64,000 nucleotides of DNA from Macrostomum lignano (taxonomy: Eukaryota): contig NIVC01002345.1 of the NCBI GenBank assembly GCA_002269645.1, forward strand, positions 117,920 through 181,919. Reading direction: 5' to 3'. The notes beneath the pieces are model-generated. The model was not told the origin of the DNA, did no database searches, and worked only from the letters and a program-made list of their open reading frames with translations. Shown piece after piece: positions 43,001-55,379 of this stretch (position 1 is its first letter; the number at the start of each line of letters is the position of its first letter). The translations under genes and the position numbers were made by a program.

Positions 43001-46000
43001 AGATTCTCAATATCCTGTCATATTCTCTAAATACCCTCATAGGTTCCCCATACCCTCTCAAATTCCCTAAATACCCCCTTGGATTATTCATACCCTCTCT
43101 AATTCGCACACACCCTTCTATCTTCTTCTATTCCTGTCTGAGTTTGTTCTTTTGCCTTAGAAATTTCTGCTACTCATACTTCTGGCTCTTCTCACTCGCT
43201 GCTCAATAATTATGCCCCGTGTTGGGATTTATTTTCCTTCACACAGGCACTGCTCTCTCAGTAGCATTCAGTAGGCCAATTTGGCTATCAATTTATTCTG
43301 TCTGTGCCTACCAGAGTATCGGTTCTCTTAATACACGGTTTTTTCGCATTATTCATGAATATTTTCTTTCTCTATATGCTATGTTGACAATCCAAAAGTG
43401 ATAAAAAACATACCAGCTGAGAGAATAAGTAGCCTGCCTCGCAGTGAGGCTTGTGTACTAACCTGTTAGTGCAAAGATGCTAGTTGATTAATCCTTGTTT
43501 TTGCTGACATACTCCCACCCACATTCTTCCCATTTTATATACAGATCCCAATTCTCCTTTCTAAACCTGCTCTAGACCCCATTCTTCCCATCCATTCTAG
43601 AATATCTCATAACAGTCTAGCTCTAGATCCCCATTCTTCCCATCCATTCTAGAATATCTCATAACAGTCTAGCTCTAGATCCCCATTCTTCCCATCCATT
43701 CTAGAATATCTCATAACAGTCTAGCTCTAGATCCCCATTCTTCCCATCCTTTGTAGAATTTCTCATAACAGTCTAGCTCTAGATCCCCATTCTTCCCATC
43801 CATTCTAGAATATCTCATAACAGTCTAGCTCTAGATCCCCATTCTTCCCATCCATTCTAGAATATCTCATAACAGTCTAGCTCTAGATCCCCATTCTTCC
43901 CATCCATTGTAGAATTTCTCATAACAGTCTAGCTCTAGATCCCCATTCTTCCCATCCATTCTAGAATATCTCATAACAGTCTAGCTCTAGATCCCCATTC
44001 TTCCCATCCATTCTAGAATATCTCATAACAGTCTAGCTCTAGATCCCCATTCTTCCCATCCATTGTAGAATTTCTCATAACAGTCTAGCTCTAGATCCCC
44101 ATTCTTCCCATCCATTCTAGAATATCTCATAACAGTCTAGCTCTAGATCCCCATTCTTCCCATCCATTCTAGAATATCTCATAACAGTCTAGCTCTAGAT
44201 CCCCATTCTTCCCCCCCCATTCTAGAATCTCCCATAACAGTGTAGCTCTGGATCCCAAACTGTATAAAATGAATTTCTCTAATTTCTCCCATGCTCCCAA
44301 AACCCTGCCTGGCAACAGAACCGTCGCGTGGAATACATCGGCCTACTAGGCAAAATTGTTACCGAATTCGGTCGCCATGCTCGCCTGCAAGGATTAGCGG
44401 GTCTCCTGCCGTCGGCCCAGCAGCAGCAGCAGCAGCAGCAGCAGGCATCTGCAGATGCAAGCGCCGGCAGTTCGACATCTGCCTCAGTCAACGACTCATT
44501 TTTCGACAATGTTCGCAGCGTCAATGTGAGTAAATGTTTATCTACATGATTGTTTAGTCTGTATAGTATGGACTATCCTGTGTATGGTCTCACCTGTCTC
44601 AATTTAACCTTCTCTCTAGTCGGCTCGAATCGTGAAAGGATTCCGCCAGCTGATCACCTATCTAGCCAGCCCTAGAGGGGATTGCATCCCTGCTAATCTG
44701 CTGTATCACTACCTGCTGCCGCTGCCTATGCACTATTTGCACAAGAGCGGCCGGTCTGCTTCAGCAGGGAAACAGCAGCAGCAGCAGCAAGCTTCTAACA
44801 GACGCAGCTTAATAGAATCCTCTTTAGAGCTGCTGGCCTCCATCAGCTCCCGTCTGTCTTGGCCGATGCTGCAGCAGCTGCTCAAACTCTGCCTGAAAGG
44901 CTTGGACGGGCCGGCTACGGAATCCAAGCTGCCAGTGCGGCTGGCCGTTGCCGCCCTGTCCGGTCTGGGAGAAATCGGAGAAGTAGACGAGGATGATCAA
45001 TTAGAAATCGAACCGGAAGCGGCTAGCAAGCAATCTGGCAATCGGAAGCGACGATTGCGTTTCTTCCAGCAATCGGTTCCGGTTAGTAACATTTTTGCAA
45101 CGGTTAAACGAGCGAAAAAATTGTCACCGGAAGTGAATAATGGCAGACCGGAAGTGACTAATAGCAAATCGGAAGTGACTAATGGCAAACCGGAAGTGAC
45201 TAAAGGCGAACCGGAAGTGACTATAGGCGAACCGGAAGTGACTAAAGGCGAACCGGAAATGACTAATAGAAAACTGGAAGTGACTAAAGGCGAACCGGAA
45301 GTGACTAATGGCGAACCGGAAGTAACTAACGAAGAACCAGAAGCGTCAAATAGCGCCACTAGATCAATGGGAGGCAGCGGGCCGTTGACTTTTCTAATAG
45401 AATTCGTCTGTCCCCGATTGGAGCGCCACCTGTCCAGAGACAAGACCGCCGCTGAGCAGCAGCACCGGTTGGCGCCGCGACAGGAGCCCCAGGTGCTTCA
45501 AGTATCCGTGGCCGTGGCCCTCGCTCAATTATTAGCTAAGCTACCCCGCCGGCTGCGAGACCAACGCCTGCCTAAGCTGGTCTATCGGCTAGCGGAGTTC
45601 CTTCGCAGTCGGGAACACGCCGTACGCAAAGAGGCCGGTGCAACTTTAGTACGAGTTGTACAGTTGCTAGGCAACGACTATCTAGGCTTTGTTGCCAGGG
45701 AATTGAGCCTGCTATTGGCTAGAGGATACACTCGGCACGTGTTGGCGCACACGCTGCACTCTCTGTTGCGTCACTGCCAGGCTGCTGGCATGCCTACCGG
45801 CTGTCTGGATGGCGAGACCCTGGATCGGCTGTGCCGCATCTACATGGACGAATTGTTGGGCGACTTGTCCAAGGAGAAAGAGGTCTAGAATTGATTCTAT
45901 TGCGATGTTGTACTTCCGTTTTTAGTTATCACTTGAGATTTAAAGTTCACTCTTGTTTGAATTCTGAGTTCCCATCTCCTAATCTAGATACCCGAAATCC

Positions 46001-49000
46001 CGGATTATCCTAATTAGGTCATAAATTCATTCCAATTATTCCCTATCTAAATAAAAAATCCCAAATTCCGTCTCCCTAATTACTCGTATATTAATTCATA
46101 AATTAAGTCCAATCACTCCCTATCTAGATCAAAACTGCCAAATCCCATCACACTCCCTATCTATAGATCAAAACTGCCAAATCCCATCACTCCCTATCTA
46201 TAAATCAAAACTGCCAAATTGAGTTCACTCCTATCTATAGATCACAAATCCCAGATCCAATCATTCCCTATCTATAGATCACAAATCCCAGATCCAATCA
46301 TTCCCTATCTATAGATCGCAAATCCCAGATCCAATCATTCCCTATCTATAGATCACAAATTCCAGATCCAATCATTCCCTATCTATAGATCACAAATCCC
46401 AGATCCAATCATTCCCTATCTATAGATCACAAAATTCCACTTCCTATCTAAAGATCGAGAACCACTCCCTATCTATAGATCACAAAATCCCATCACTTCC
46501 TATCTATAGATTAAGAACCACTCCCTATCTATAGATCAAGAACCACTCCCTATCTATAAATCAAGAACCACTCCCTGTCTATAAATCAAGAACCACTCCC
46601 TATCTATAAATCACAAATCTTAAATCCCATCACACACTATCTATAGATCAAAACTTCCATATCCCATCACTCCCTATCTACGAGGGATCTTAGTCTTAAT
46701 TCGTAGATCTGAAATCCACTTAATCAACATATTGTTCTTAATCTTAGCCTAGAGAGTCAGATCAAAGTACAAATAGTCTCTAGATATCTACGCCACCCCA
46801 CCCCCCCTCGCAGGTGGAAGCGCTCACCCGCAAGCTGCCTGAGGCGCAGCGCACTCACGCCTATAGCGTGATGCACCGCCTTGGCTCCATGGTGGCCCAA
46901 CCGGCCTGGCCCAGCTCACCAACATTCTGGCCAATCAGTGCTCCGCTGTGCGCAGCTTAGCCGCGCTTAAAAAACTCGAACGACTCTGCGGTCAGCTGGA
47001 ACGAGCCGACTCGTTGCCTGGCAACAGCGGATTAACAGACGAACAGTTGCTAACCGCCGCTCACCTGCTCTGTCGTCGAGCAGGCGACGAACAGAATGGC
47101 GATAATAATTCGAAAGATAAATTGTTAGTAGCATCAGGAATCGAACCCGCGGCTGAGCATCGAAGTGTCGGCATTCGCGGCCCGGACTGTCGACTGCTGG
47201 ACCCGGAGCCTGCCAGATCCGAGACGCGACCCGCGCAGCTCGGCAGCTATCAAGTGCTGCTAAGATTCGGCCTGAGATTGCTCTACGCTGTGCTCAGAAA
47301 TGCTTCATCAAAAAGCGACTCAGAGAGCGGCAAGAATAAAAACTGCTCCCCGATATCGCGTCGGATGCTGGATCCGTTTGTGCCGATTCTGTTGAGCTCG
47401 TTGGATTCGCAACACACAGCTGTGCTCACGGCGGCTCTGCAGTGTCTCAGCCGTCTGGTTCCCCTGCATCAGTTGGCGGCTACAGCTGCTGCTGATCTCG
47501 ATAAAGGCCAAGGCCAATCCAGCAACGCTTACCGGCCGATTGCTAAGCGCGTTCTGGCTCTGTTTAACGAGCAAAGCTTGCACTGGTCAACTAGGCAACA
47601 GTTGCAGCAGCCGTCTCAATTGCAACAGTTGCTGCATAAAACTTTAGCCGTTCTTATTAGACACGACGCGCTGTCGCAGCCGGATCTGGTCACCATAGTA
47701 GACTACATCGCTCTGGATGTGGACAGTCCGCACAGGGCCAGTCACGCTTTTCCTTTGCTCCGAGCTTTGCTAGCTAAACGCCTCAACCCTAAGCCGCAGC
47801 TGAGACACGAATTAGACGTTGAAACTGAGAAAGATCACGCCAGTCTGTCCTCTATCATGGACTCCTTGCGTCGTCTAGTGGTCACATCTGCGCTAGACTA
47901 TGTTCGCAGTCAGTCGCGCGACTGTCTGTTAATCTATCTAAGAGATTATCAACTGCCAGCTAAAACTGTACGACGCTATTTGGACTTCTTCTTAGTTCAG
48001 TTGGATTACGATGGCGTGGATGGTAGGAGCTCGGCTGTGCAGATGCTGGCCTCCCTGATCCACTGCATCTCAGCTGACTGGCTGGTGAATGGCGATCTGG
48101 CCAGGGTGCTGTTCCTCAAACTGTTAGTAGCCGCAGACTCGGAATGCAATGATCAGCTGAGAGCCCGGCTAACCGACTGCTTGCACGGCCTGTTGCGCAG
48201 ATGCGGCGCAGATCAGCGCAGAGAATTGTTTGCCTCAGCTTTGCGTCTGATGCGCACGGATGTTAAACAGTTGTCGCAACGGGTTGTTCAACAACGCCTG
48301 GGTCTGACTGCGGCTTTGTCGTTTTTTGAGTACAGAGAAGTTGAAACAGAGAGCGGCGATGAAGAGAACTGGTCCACAGTTGAATTGCACACCTGCTTAG
48401 CTGAACTGTTGAAGCAACTGGCTGATGCATCCTTGAGTACAGCCGAACACGAGCAGAAGCCTAAAAGCCTAAAACAAGCTCAAGAGACTGACGTGGTAAA
48501 CGAAGCAATCGATCATGCTCTGTTCCGTTGTGTTGACTTGTTAGCCAGATGTCCCAATGCGCTGCAGCTGCAGCAGGTACACACAGACATCTGGTCATTG
48601 TTAGAGAGCCTGCTGAATCATCGGTTCGCTTGGGTTCGGCGTCGCTGTCTGCAGTTGGTTGCTAACAGACTGGCTGAGCAGTCCCAGCCGGCAATGACTG
48701 ACACAGACTCAGCCATGTCTCACTGTCGCACTCTGGCCTTGGCATTTTTTGATCAGTTAAAATCGCCTCACCTGGATGAGGCCTGGTCAGACGATGTGGC
48801 TCGCGCACTTGTTCACCTGTGCTGTCGGGTTCACCAGCTAGAACTGGGTAGTGACGCGAGTCCAGCAACAGCCGGTTTAACCGGCGCAGATAAAGGCTTC
48901 TCAACCGAATGGATTCTGCTCAGAGTTGGCCGAGAGTCGCGCTACGAATTGCAGCATTTGAAGCCGTCAACGCTTCGCCGCTGCCTAGCCTTGAAGGTGT

Positions 49001-49383
49001 GCGCCGGGGTGGCCTCCGTGCTGGGCGGTGACGCTTTGGAATCGTCCGGCTGTCTTCGCCGGTGCCTGGCCGTGGCGGCGCGCGAACTTCGACAGCGAAA
49101 TGCTTCGCCAGAAGTGACCGATCTGGCGCACTCGCTGTTGGACACACTGCGACGGGGCGTCGGAGAGTCCGCCGTGGCCTCGGCGCTGGCCCAGCTGACC
49201 AGGTCGCGAGCTGCTGCCCGGTCCGACCGTGCCGGATCGCTGGCTGCCGCCGCCGTCACTCAACCGGAAGTGTTCGCTAGACGGAAACGCCGCAAACAGC
49301 AAAAGAAAGCTGAAGCGGCCAAGGCCAAGATTGCCAAGTTTAAATTGGCCAGGCGTGGCGGTCTGGCTGCTTCTAAGAAATAG
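31007..49383 (+). CDS. UTP20: UTP20 (U3 snoRNP/SSU processome HEAT-repeat protein), ~2950 aa. Exons 31007-31054, 31156-31227, 31316-31391, 31479-31540, 31630-31700, 31983-33245, 33861-34037, 34125-35328, 37931-38610, 39186-39833, 40470-40596, 42017-42415, 44319-44525, 44620-45882, 46814-49383 (-1 frame break near 46897)
   Basis: Colinear with recalled UTP20 motifs: NTFK|FQGF, LEKWTELN, LEHVFTGISY, VRKAALRC, LNAWDKRHIEMPDFERR, SFFDNV, YLLPL, RLPKLVYRLAEFLRSREHAVRKEA, LARGYTRHVLAHTLHSLL, LDPFVP.L, YLDFFLVQLDYDGVDGRSSA, and a basic C-terminus. All junctions are GT-AG in phase. The donor of exon 6 could be 33239 or 33245. Confidence 0.93.
31800..31975. repeat. 40-bp minisatellite in UTP20 intron 5
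   Basis: ATTCACATTGGCATCGCATTCACCCACCCAACCACCCACC, 40-bp period (31870, 31910). Confidence 0.85.
33247..33853. repeat. 23-bp G-rich minisatellite with a 46-bp dimer, filling UTP20 intron 6
   Basis: CCTGAGCTAAGGGAGGGGTGTAG alternates with CCTGAGCTGAGAGAGGGGTGTAG. Confidence 0.95.
35470..37830. repeat. 33-bp purine-rich minisatellite (~70 units), UTP20 intron 8
   Basis: AGGATAGAGTCAGGATAGAGCTAAGA(G/T)AGGA(G/A)A tandem. Confidence 0.97.
38645..39098. repeat. 28-bp minisatellite, UTP20 intron 9 (interrupted by ~140 bp of unique sequence)
   Basis: CTCCCAGATCCTCAGTTGCTGGGCCAGC units. Confidence 0.9.
39843..40355. repeat. 24-bp minisatellite, UTP20 intron 10
   Basis: CAGTCTCAGGGGTGAGATTCCAGT, drifting to GAGATTTCAATCATATAGTCTC variants. 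Confidence 0.9.
41483..41660. repeat. 24-bp minisatellite, UTP20 intron 11
   Basis: TCAGACTCTGCCATGAACCCTCCC, about 7 copies. Confidence 0.9.
42560..43100. repeat. ~40-bp minisatellite, UTP20 intron 12
   Basis: CCCCATACCCTCTCGAATCCCCCAAATACCTTTTTTTATT units. Confidence 0.9.
43570..44252. repeat. 52-bp minisatellite (~13 units), UTP20 intron 12
   Basis: CTCTAGATCCCCATTCTTCCCATCCATTCTAGAATATCTCATAACAGTCTAG; period 43621 to 43673. Confidence 0.95.
45126..45345 (+). repeat. In-frame 21-bp coding repeat (PEVTKGE-like, ~10 units) within UTP20 exon 14
   Basis: ACCGGAAGTGACTAAAGGCGA units, translated as PEV(T)xxx. Confidence 0.9.
46120..46680. repeat. 37-bp and 29-bp related minisatellites, UTP20 intron 14
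   Basis: CCCTATCTATAGATCACAAATCCCAGATCCAATCATT and CCCTATCTATAAATCAAGAACCACT variants. Confidence 0.88.
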
Positions 49384-49499
49384 GACTGGCTGACGCATTG
49401 CTCCGGTGTTCTGTGTCTAAAGTCCGGCTTGTTTTCTAATATTCGGACTGTTAGGGCTTAGTTTTGAACAGGGATTATCGAAGTTTCGGGTTCAGGCTT

Positions 49500-50190
49500 G
49501 GTTTTTAGATCAGGTTTAGATTCGGGTTTTTAGGTCACGTTTAGATTCAAGTTTGTAGATCAGATTTAGATTCGGGTTTTTTAGGTCAGGTTTAGATTCA
49601 AGTTTGTAGATCAGATTTAGATTCGGGTTGTTTAGGTCACGTTTAGATTCAAGTTTATAGATCAGATTTAGATTCGGGTTTTTTAGGTCAGGTTTAGATT
49701 CAAGTTTTTAGGTCAGGTTTAGATTCGGGTTTTTTAGGTCAGGTTTAGATTCAAGTTTATAGATCAGATTTAGATTCGGGTTGTTTAGGTCACGTTTAGA
49801 TTCAAGTTTATAGATCAGATTTAGATTCGGGTTTTTTAGGTCAGGTTTAGATTCAAGTTTGTAGATCAGATTTAGATTCGGGTTGTTTAGGTCACGTTTA
49901 GATTCAAGTTTATAGATCAGATTTAGATTCGGGTTTTTTAGGTCAGGTTTAGATTCAAGTTTTTAGGTCAGGTTTAGATTCGGGTTTTTTAGGTCAGGTT
50001 TAGATTCAAGTTTATAGATCAGATTTAGATTCGGGTTGTTTAGGTCACGTTTAGATTCAAGTTTATAGATCAGATTTAGATTCGGGTTTTTTAGGTCAGG
50101 TTTAGATTCAAGTTTTTAGGTCAGGTTTAGATTCGGGTTTCTTAGGTCAGGTTTAGATTCAAGTTTTTAGGTCAGGTTGAGATCCGGGTC
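49500..50190. repeat. 25/26-bp monomer satellite with 51-bp and 102-bp higher-order structure, immediately 3' of UTP20
   Basis: TTTAGATTCGGGTT(T/G)TTTAGGTCA(G/C)G alternates with TTTAGATTCAAGTTT(A/G)TAGATCAGA. Confidence 0.93.
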
Positions 50191-50679
50191 TTTAAATTAT
50201 ATTCAAATTCGAATTCAGATTTCAAACAGAGTACAATTAAGGCATGATTTGAGAAGTTTCTTTTCGATTTCCATTTATTAATGTGGTTCACTGATGCAAA
50301 TGCTTAGCAAGTGATGTGTAATTGTCTCTGATTTATCATTATCCTACTTTCCTGTTGATTTCATCTTACTTCCTTCCCGCTGTGCCCATTGTGCGTTGTC
50401 TTCTTTGGCTAAAGATTTGTTAAAGTTGGCCAAGAATTTAAAGTTTAAGAATTGTCATTTTCTAGCTCGGCCAACGCATTTGGTACTGCAGTTGAGCACC
50501 GCGAGTTGCACTGCTGTGGCATTAAATATAATCCCAGTTTGGGCATTTTATATGTTGCTCGTCAGTTTTGTGGACACGAAATGTTGCTGCAGTTTTTAGT
50601 AGGATTTTTGTTGGCTTGATTTCTTGTAACTGTGGTAAGGGGCTGATGGTGGGTTTCTAGGGATATGCTTGTGCCTGTC

Positions 50680-51517
50680 TGCCTTTCTGTCTGTCTGTCT
50701 GTCTGTCTGTCTGCCTGTCTGTCTGCTTGTCTGCCTGTCTGTCTGTCTGTCTGCCTGTCTGTCTGTCTGTCTGTCTGCCTGACTGTCTGCCTGTCTGTCT
50801 GTCTGCCTGTCTGCCTGTCTGTCTGCCTGTCTGTCTGTCTGTCTGCCTGTCTGTCTGTCTGCCTGACTGTCTGCCTGTCTGTCTGCCTGTCTGTCTGACT
50901 GACTGTCTGTCTGTCTGACTGTCTGCCTGTCTGTCTGTCTGACTGTCTGACTGTCTGTCTGTCTGCCTGACTGACTGTCTGTCTGACTGTCTGCCTGTCT
51001 GTCTGCCTGTCTGCCTGTCTGTCTGCCTGTCTGTCTGTCTGTCTGCCTGTCTGTCTGTCTGCCTGACTGTCTGCCTGTCTGTCTGCCTGTCTGTCTGACT
51101 GACTGTCTGTCTGTCTGACTGTCTGCCTGTCTGTCTGCCTGACTGTCTGTCTGTCTGCCTGACTGTCTGTCTGTCTGCCTGACTGACTGTCTGCCTGCCT
51201 GCCTGTCTGTCTGCCTGACTGTCTGTCTGTCTGTCTGACTGTCTGCCTGTCTGTCTATCTGCCTGAATGTTTGTCTGCCTGCCTGTCTGTCTGTCTGCCT
51301 GACTGTCTGTCTGTCTGCCTGACTGCCTGTCTGTCTGACTGTCTGTCTGCCTGTCTGTCTGTCTGTCTGTCTGCCTGTCTGTCTGTCTGTCTGACTTGTC
51401 TGTCTGTCTGACTTGTCTCTCTGTCTGTCTGTCTGTCTGTGTGTCTGTCTGTCTGTCTGTCTGCCTGTCTGTCTGTGTGTCTGCCTGTCTGTTTGTCCGT
51501 CTGTCTGTCTGTCTTGG

Positions 51518-51560
<43 letters not shown>

Positions 51561-51669
51561 ATGCCCGCCTGTCTGACTGTCTGTCTGCCTGTGTGTCTGT
51601 CTGTCTGTCTGTCTGCCTGTCTGTCTGTGTGTCTGCCTGTCTGTTTGTCCGTCTGTCTGTCTGTCTTGG

Positions 51670-51712
<43 letters not shown>

Positions 51713-51880
51713 ATGCCCGCCTGTCTGACTGTCTGTCTGCCTGTGTGTCTGTCTGTCTGTCTGTCTGTGTCTGTCGGTCTGTCTGTCTGTCTGTCTGTAT
51801 GCCCGCCTGTCTGACTGTCTGTCTGCCTGTGTGTCTGTCTGTCTGTCTGTCTGTGTCTGTCGGTCTGTCTGTCTGTCTGT
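50680..51880. repeat. Degenerate (CTGT)n/(GACA)n tetranucleotide array
   Basis: CTGT/CTGC/CTGA units, with a secondary ~150-bp duplication near 51440-51720. Confidence 0.97.
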
Positions 51881-52514
51881 ATTTTTGTATCGGAGCCTAT
51901 CATATAATTACTTTTTTACGCTGTCTCCAAGTATTATAAAGCAAGTTCGGGCCGCCAGCCACACCGAATAATGAATAAATTTTTGTTATCTTGTCTAGTC
52001 AGACATATTTTGAAACATTTAGCCTATTGGCCGTTAGTATTTCGCGATGACCTAAAAAAGAGCTATAAAAATTCCATGACTATAATAAATTCACTAAGTG
52101 CCCCATCGGGACATCCCATGCCTTTCAAAGCTGGGTATATTTGCCAATGCAACGCTATGCAATTCTCAAAGCAATATGCGCTATCAGGTTAAGACTGTGT
52201 GCCAAGCTGGATTTCAGATTCAGGCCTTATCATAAGCGCTTATTTACAGCACTTCGAGCATTTATAGTGCGGCCTTGCTGAATTGCTGACGTCAATGCAG
52301 CTTGATCTTTCCGTGGTTTGCTGTGTTGCTGGCGGCTTCTGCAATGCTTAATGGAGATTTCAGATGGGGTTTAATTTATTATTGTTAATTCGACTGCGTG
52401 TTTATCCGACTTTGCTGTCGGATTAGGCAAGAGGATTACGTGATTAGAATTAGTCAGTCACTGATTAACGCAGTAGTTCGCTTTTAGAATTTCACGCGTT
52501 TCCAGGCTTGTCCG

Positions 52515-54833
52515 TGTCTTTGCATTCCTGATCTTAGTGTCTTTGCATTCCTGATCTTAGTGTCTTTGCATTCCTAATCTTAGTGTCTTCATTCCTGATC
52601 TTAGTGTCTTTGCATTCCTGATCTTAGTCTCTGCATTCCTGATCTTAGTGTCTTTGCATTCCTGATCTTAGTCTCTGCATTCCTGATCTTAGTGTCTTTG
52701 CATTCCTGATCTTAGTCTCTGCATTCCTGATCTTAGTGTCTTTGCATTCCTGATCTTAGTGTCTTTGCATTCCTAATCTTAGTGTCTTTGCATTCCTGAT
52801 CTTAGTGTCTTCATTCCTGATCTTAGTGTCTTTGCATTCCTGATCTTAGTGTCTTTGCATTCCTGATCTTAGTGTCTTTGCATTCCTGATCTTAGTGGCT
52901 TTGCATTCCTGATCTTAGTGTCTTTGCATTCCTGATCTTAGTGTCTTTTCATTCCTGATCTTAGTGTCTTTGCATTCCTGATCTTAGTGTCTTTGCATTC
53001 CTGATCTTAGTGTCTTTGCATTCCTGATCTTAGTGTCTTTGCATTCCTGATCTTAGTGTCTGCATTCCTGATCTTAGTGTCTTTGCATTCCTGATCTTAG
53101 TGTCTTTGCATTCCTGATCTTAGTGTCTTTGCATTCCTGATCTTAGTGTCTTTGCATTCCTGATCTTAGTGGCTTTGCATTCCTGATCTTAGTGTCTTTG
53201 CATTCCTGATCTTAGTGTCTTTGCATTCCTAATCTTAGTGTCTTTGCATTCCTAATCTTAGTGTCTTTGCATTCCTGATCTTAGTGTCTGCATTCCTGAT
53301 CTTAGTGTCTGCATTCCTGATCTTAGTGTCTTTGCATTCCTAATCTTAGTGTATTTGCATTCCTGATCTTAGTGTCTTTGCATTCCTGATCTTAGTGTCT
53401 TTGCATTCCTGATCTTAGTGTCTTTGCATTCCTGATCTTAGTGTCTTTGCATTCCTGAACTTAGTGTCTTTTCATTCCTGATCTTAGTGTCTGCATTCCT
53501 GATCTTAGTGTCTTTGCATTCCTGATCTTAGTGTCTTTGCATTCCTGATCTTAGTGTCTTTGCATTCCTGATCTTAGTGGCTTTGCATTCCTGATCTTAG
53601 TGTCTTTGCATTCCTGATCTTAGTGTCTTTGCATTCCTAATCTTAGTGTCTTTGCATTCCTAATCTTAGTGTCTTTGCATTCCTGATCTTAGTGTCTGCA
53701 TTCCTGATCTTAGTGTCTGCATTCCTGATCTTAGTGTCTTTGCATTCCTAATCTTAGTGTATTTGCATTCCTGATCTTAGTGTCTTTGCATTCCTGATCT
53801 TAGTGTCTTTGCATTCCTGATCTTAGTGTCTTTGCATTCCTGATCTTAGTGTCTTTGCATTCCTGAACTTAGTGTCTTTTCATTCCTGATCTTAGTGTCT
53901 GCATTCCTGATCTTAGTGTCTTTGCATTCCTGATCTTAGTGTCTTTTCATTCCTGATCTTAGTGTCTTTGCATTCCTGATCTTAGTGTCTGCATTCCTGA
54001 TCTTAGTGTCTTTTCATTCCTGATCTTAGTGTCTTTGCATTCCTGATCTTAGTGTCTTTGCATTCCTAATCTTAGTGTCTTTGCATTCCTGATCTTAGTG
54101 TCTTCATTCCTGATCTTAGTGTCTTTGCATTCCTGATCTTAGTCTCTGCATTCCTGATCTTAGTGTCTTTGCATTCCTGATCTTAGTGTCTTTGCATTCC
54201 TAATCTTAGTGTCTTTGCATTCCTGATCTTAGTGTCTTCATTCCTGATCTTAGTGTCTTTGCATTCCTGATCTTAGTGTCTTTGCATTCCTGATCTTAGT
54301 GTCTTTGCATTCCTGATCTTAGTGTCTTTGCATTCCTGATCTTAGTGTCTTTGCATTCCTGATCTTAGTGTCTTTTCATTCCTGATCTTAGTGTCTTCAT
54401 TCCTGATCTTAGTGTCTTTGCATTCCTGATCTTAGTGTCTTTGCATTCCTGATCTTAGTGTCTTTTCATTCCTGATCTTAGTGTCTTTGCATTCCTGATC
54501 TTAGTGTCTTTGCATTCCTGATCTTAGTGTCTTTGCATTCCTGATCTTAGTGTCTTTGCATTCCTGATCTTAGTGTCTGCATTCCTGATCTTAGTGTCTT
54601 TGCATTCCTGATCTTAGTGTCTTTGCATTCCTGATCTTAGTGTCTTTTCATTCCTGATCTTAGTGTCTTTGCATTCCTGATCTTAGTGTCTTTGCATTCC
54701 TGATCTTAGTGTCTTTGCATTCCTGATCTTAGTGTCTTTTCATTCCTGATCTTAGTGTCTTTGCATTCCTGATCTTAGTGTCTTTGCATTCCTAATCTTA
54801 GTGTCTTTGCATTCCTGATCTTAGTGTCTTTTC
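52515..54833. repeat. 23-bp satellite (TTTGCATTCCTGATCTTAGTGTC), ~100 units
   Basis: Highly homogeneous tandem with recurring 2-nt deletion variants. Confidence 0.98.
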
Positions 54834-55379
54834 ATTTCTCAAGCATCAGCAAGCAAAGTCCTCAGCATCTTTGCAATCAACAGATTACCAGCATTTTGTT
54901 TAGTAAGTTGTTAATTCAGCTGGATTTAATTTGCAGTCCTGTTGCCATCATTGCACACTCCAGTTTGTGTAAATTGTTTGGCATAAATTGGCTGCATACA
55001 GGTGAATCGGTCAATCAATCCATCAATGGATGCATAAAATGTCCCCCTGCACGGGATTAAAACAGGAACATTTGAGCAAGGAACCACCCTGTTTAATCGG
55101 TCAACAATATGCCAAATTCATTGATTATGCAGAGCGCTGCCATGCGGTAGGGGAGCTCTTGCTCGTATGATTTTTGAGCAATCGTTTTTCCGATGGACAA
55201 TGATTGGGAGCAGGGATAAGCAATGTCTGGTTGTGCGGTCCAGCGCTTATTTTATAATTGGCTCTGCTTGACGTGAATTCTTTTTTTACTTTCTGATAAA
55301 ACACTGCAGACATAATTGCTAATTCTCTAATTGCAGTGTTGACAAAAAGTGGGTGGATTATGATTGATTCCGTGTGTTG

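Noticed and set aside
48662-49398. Several minus-strand ORFs over the UTP20 3' end, and similar ones over Vangl exons
   Set aside because: Antisense shadows of GC-rich exons.
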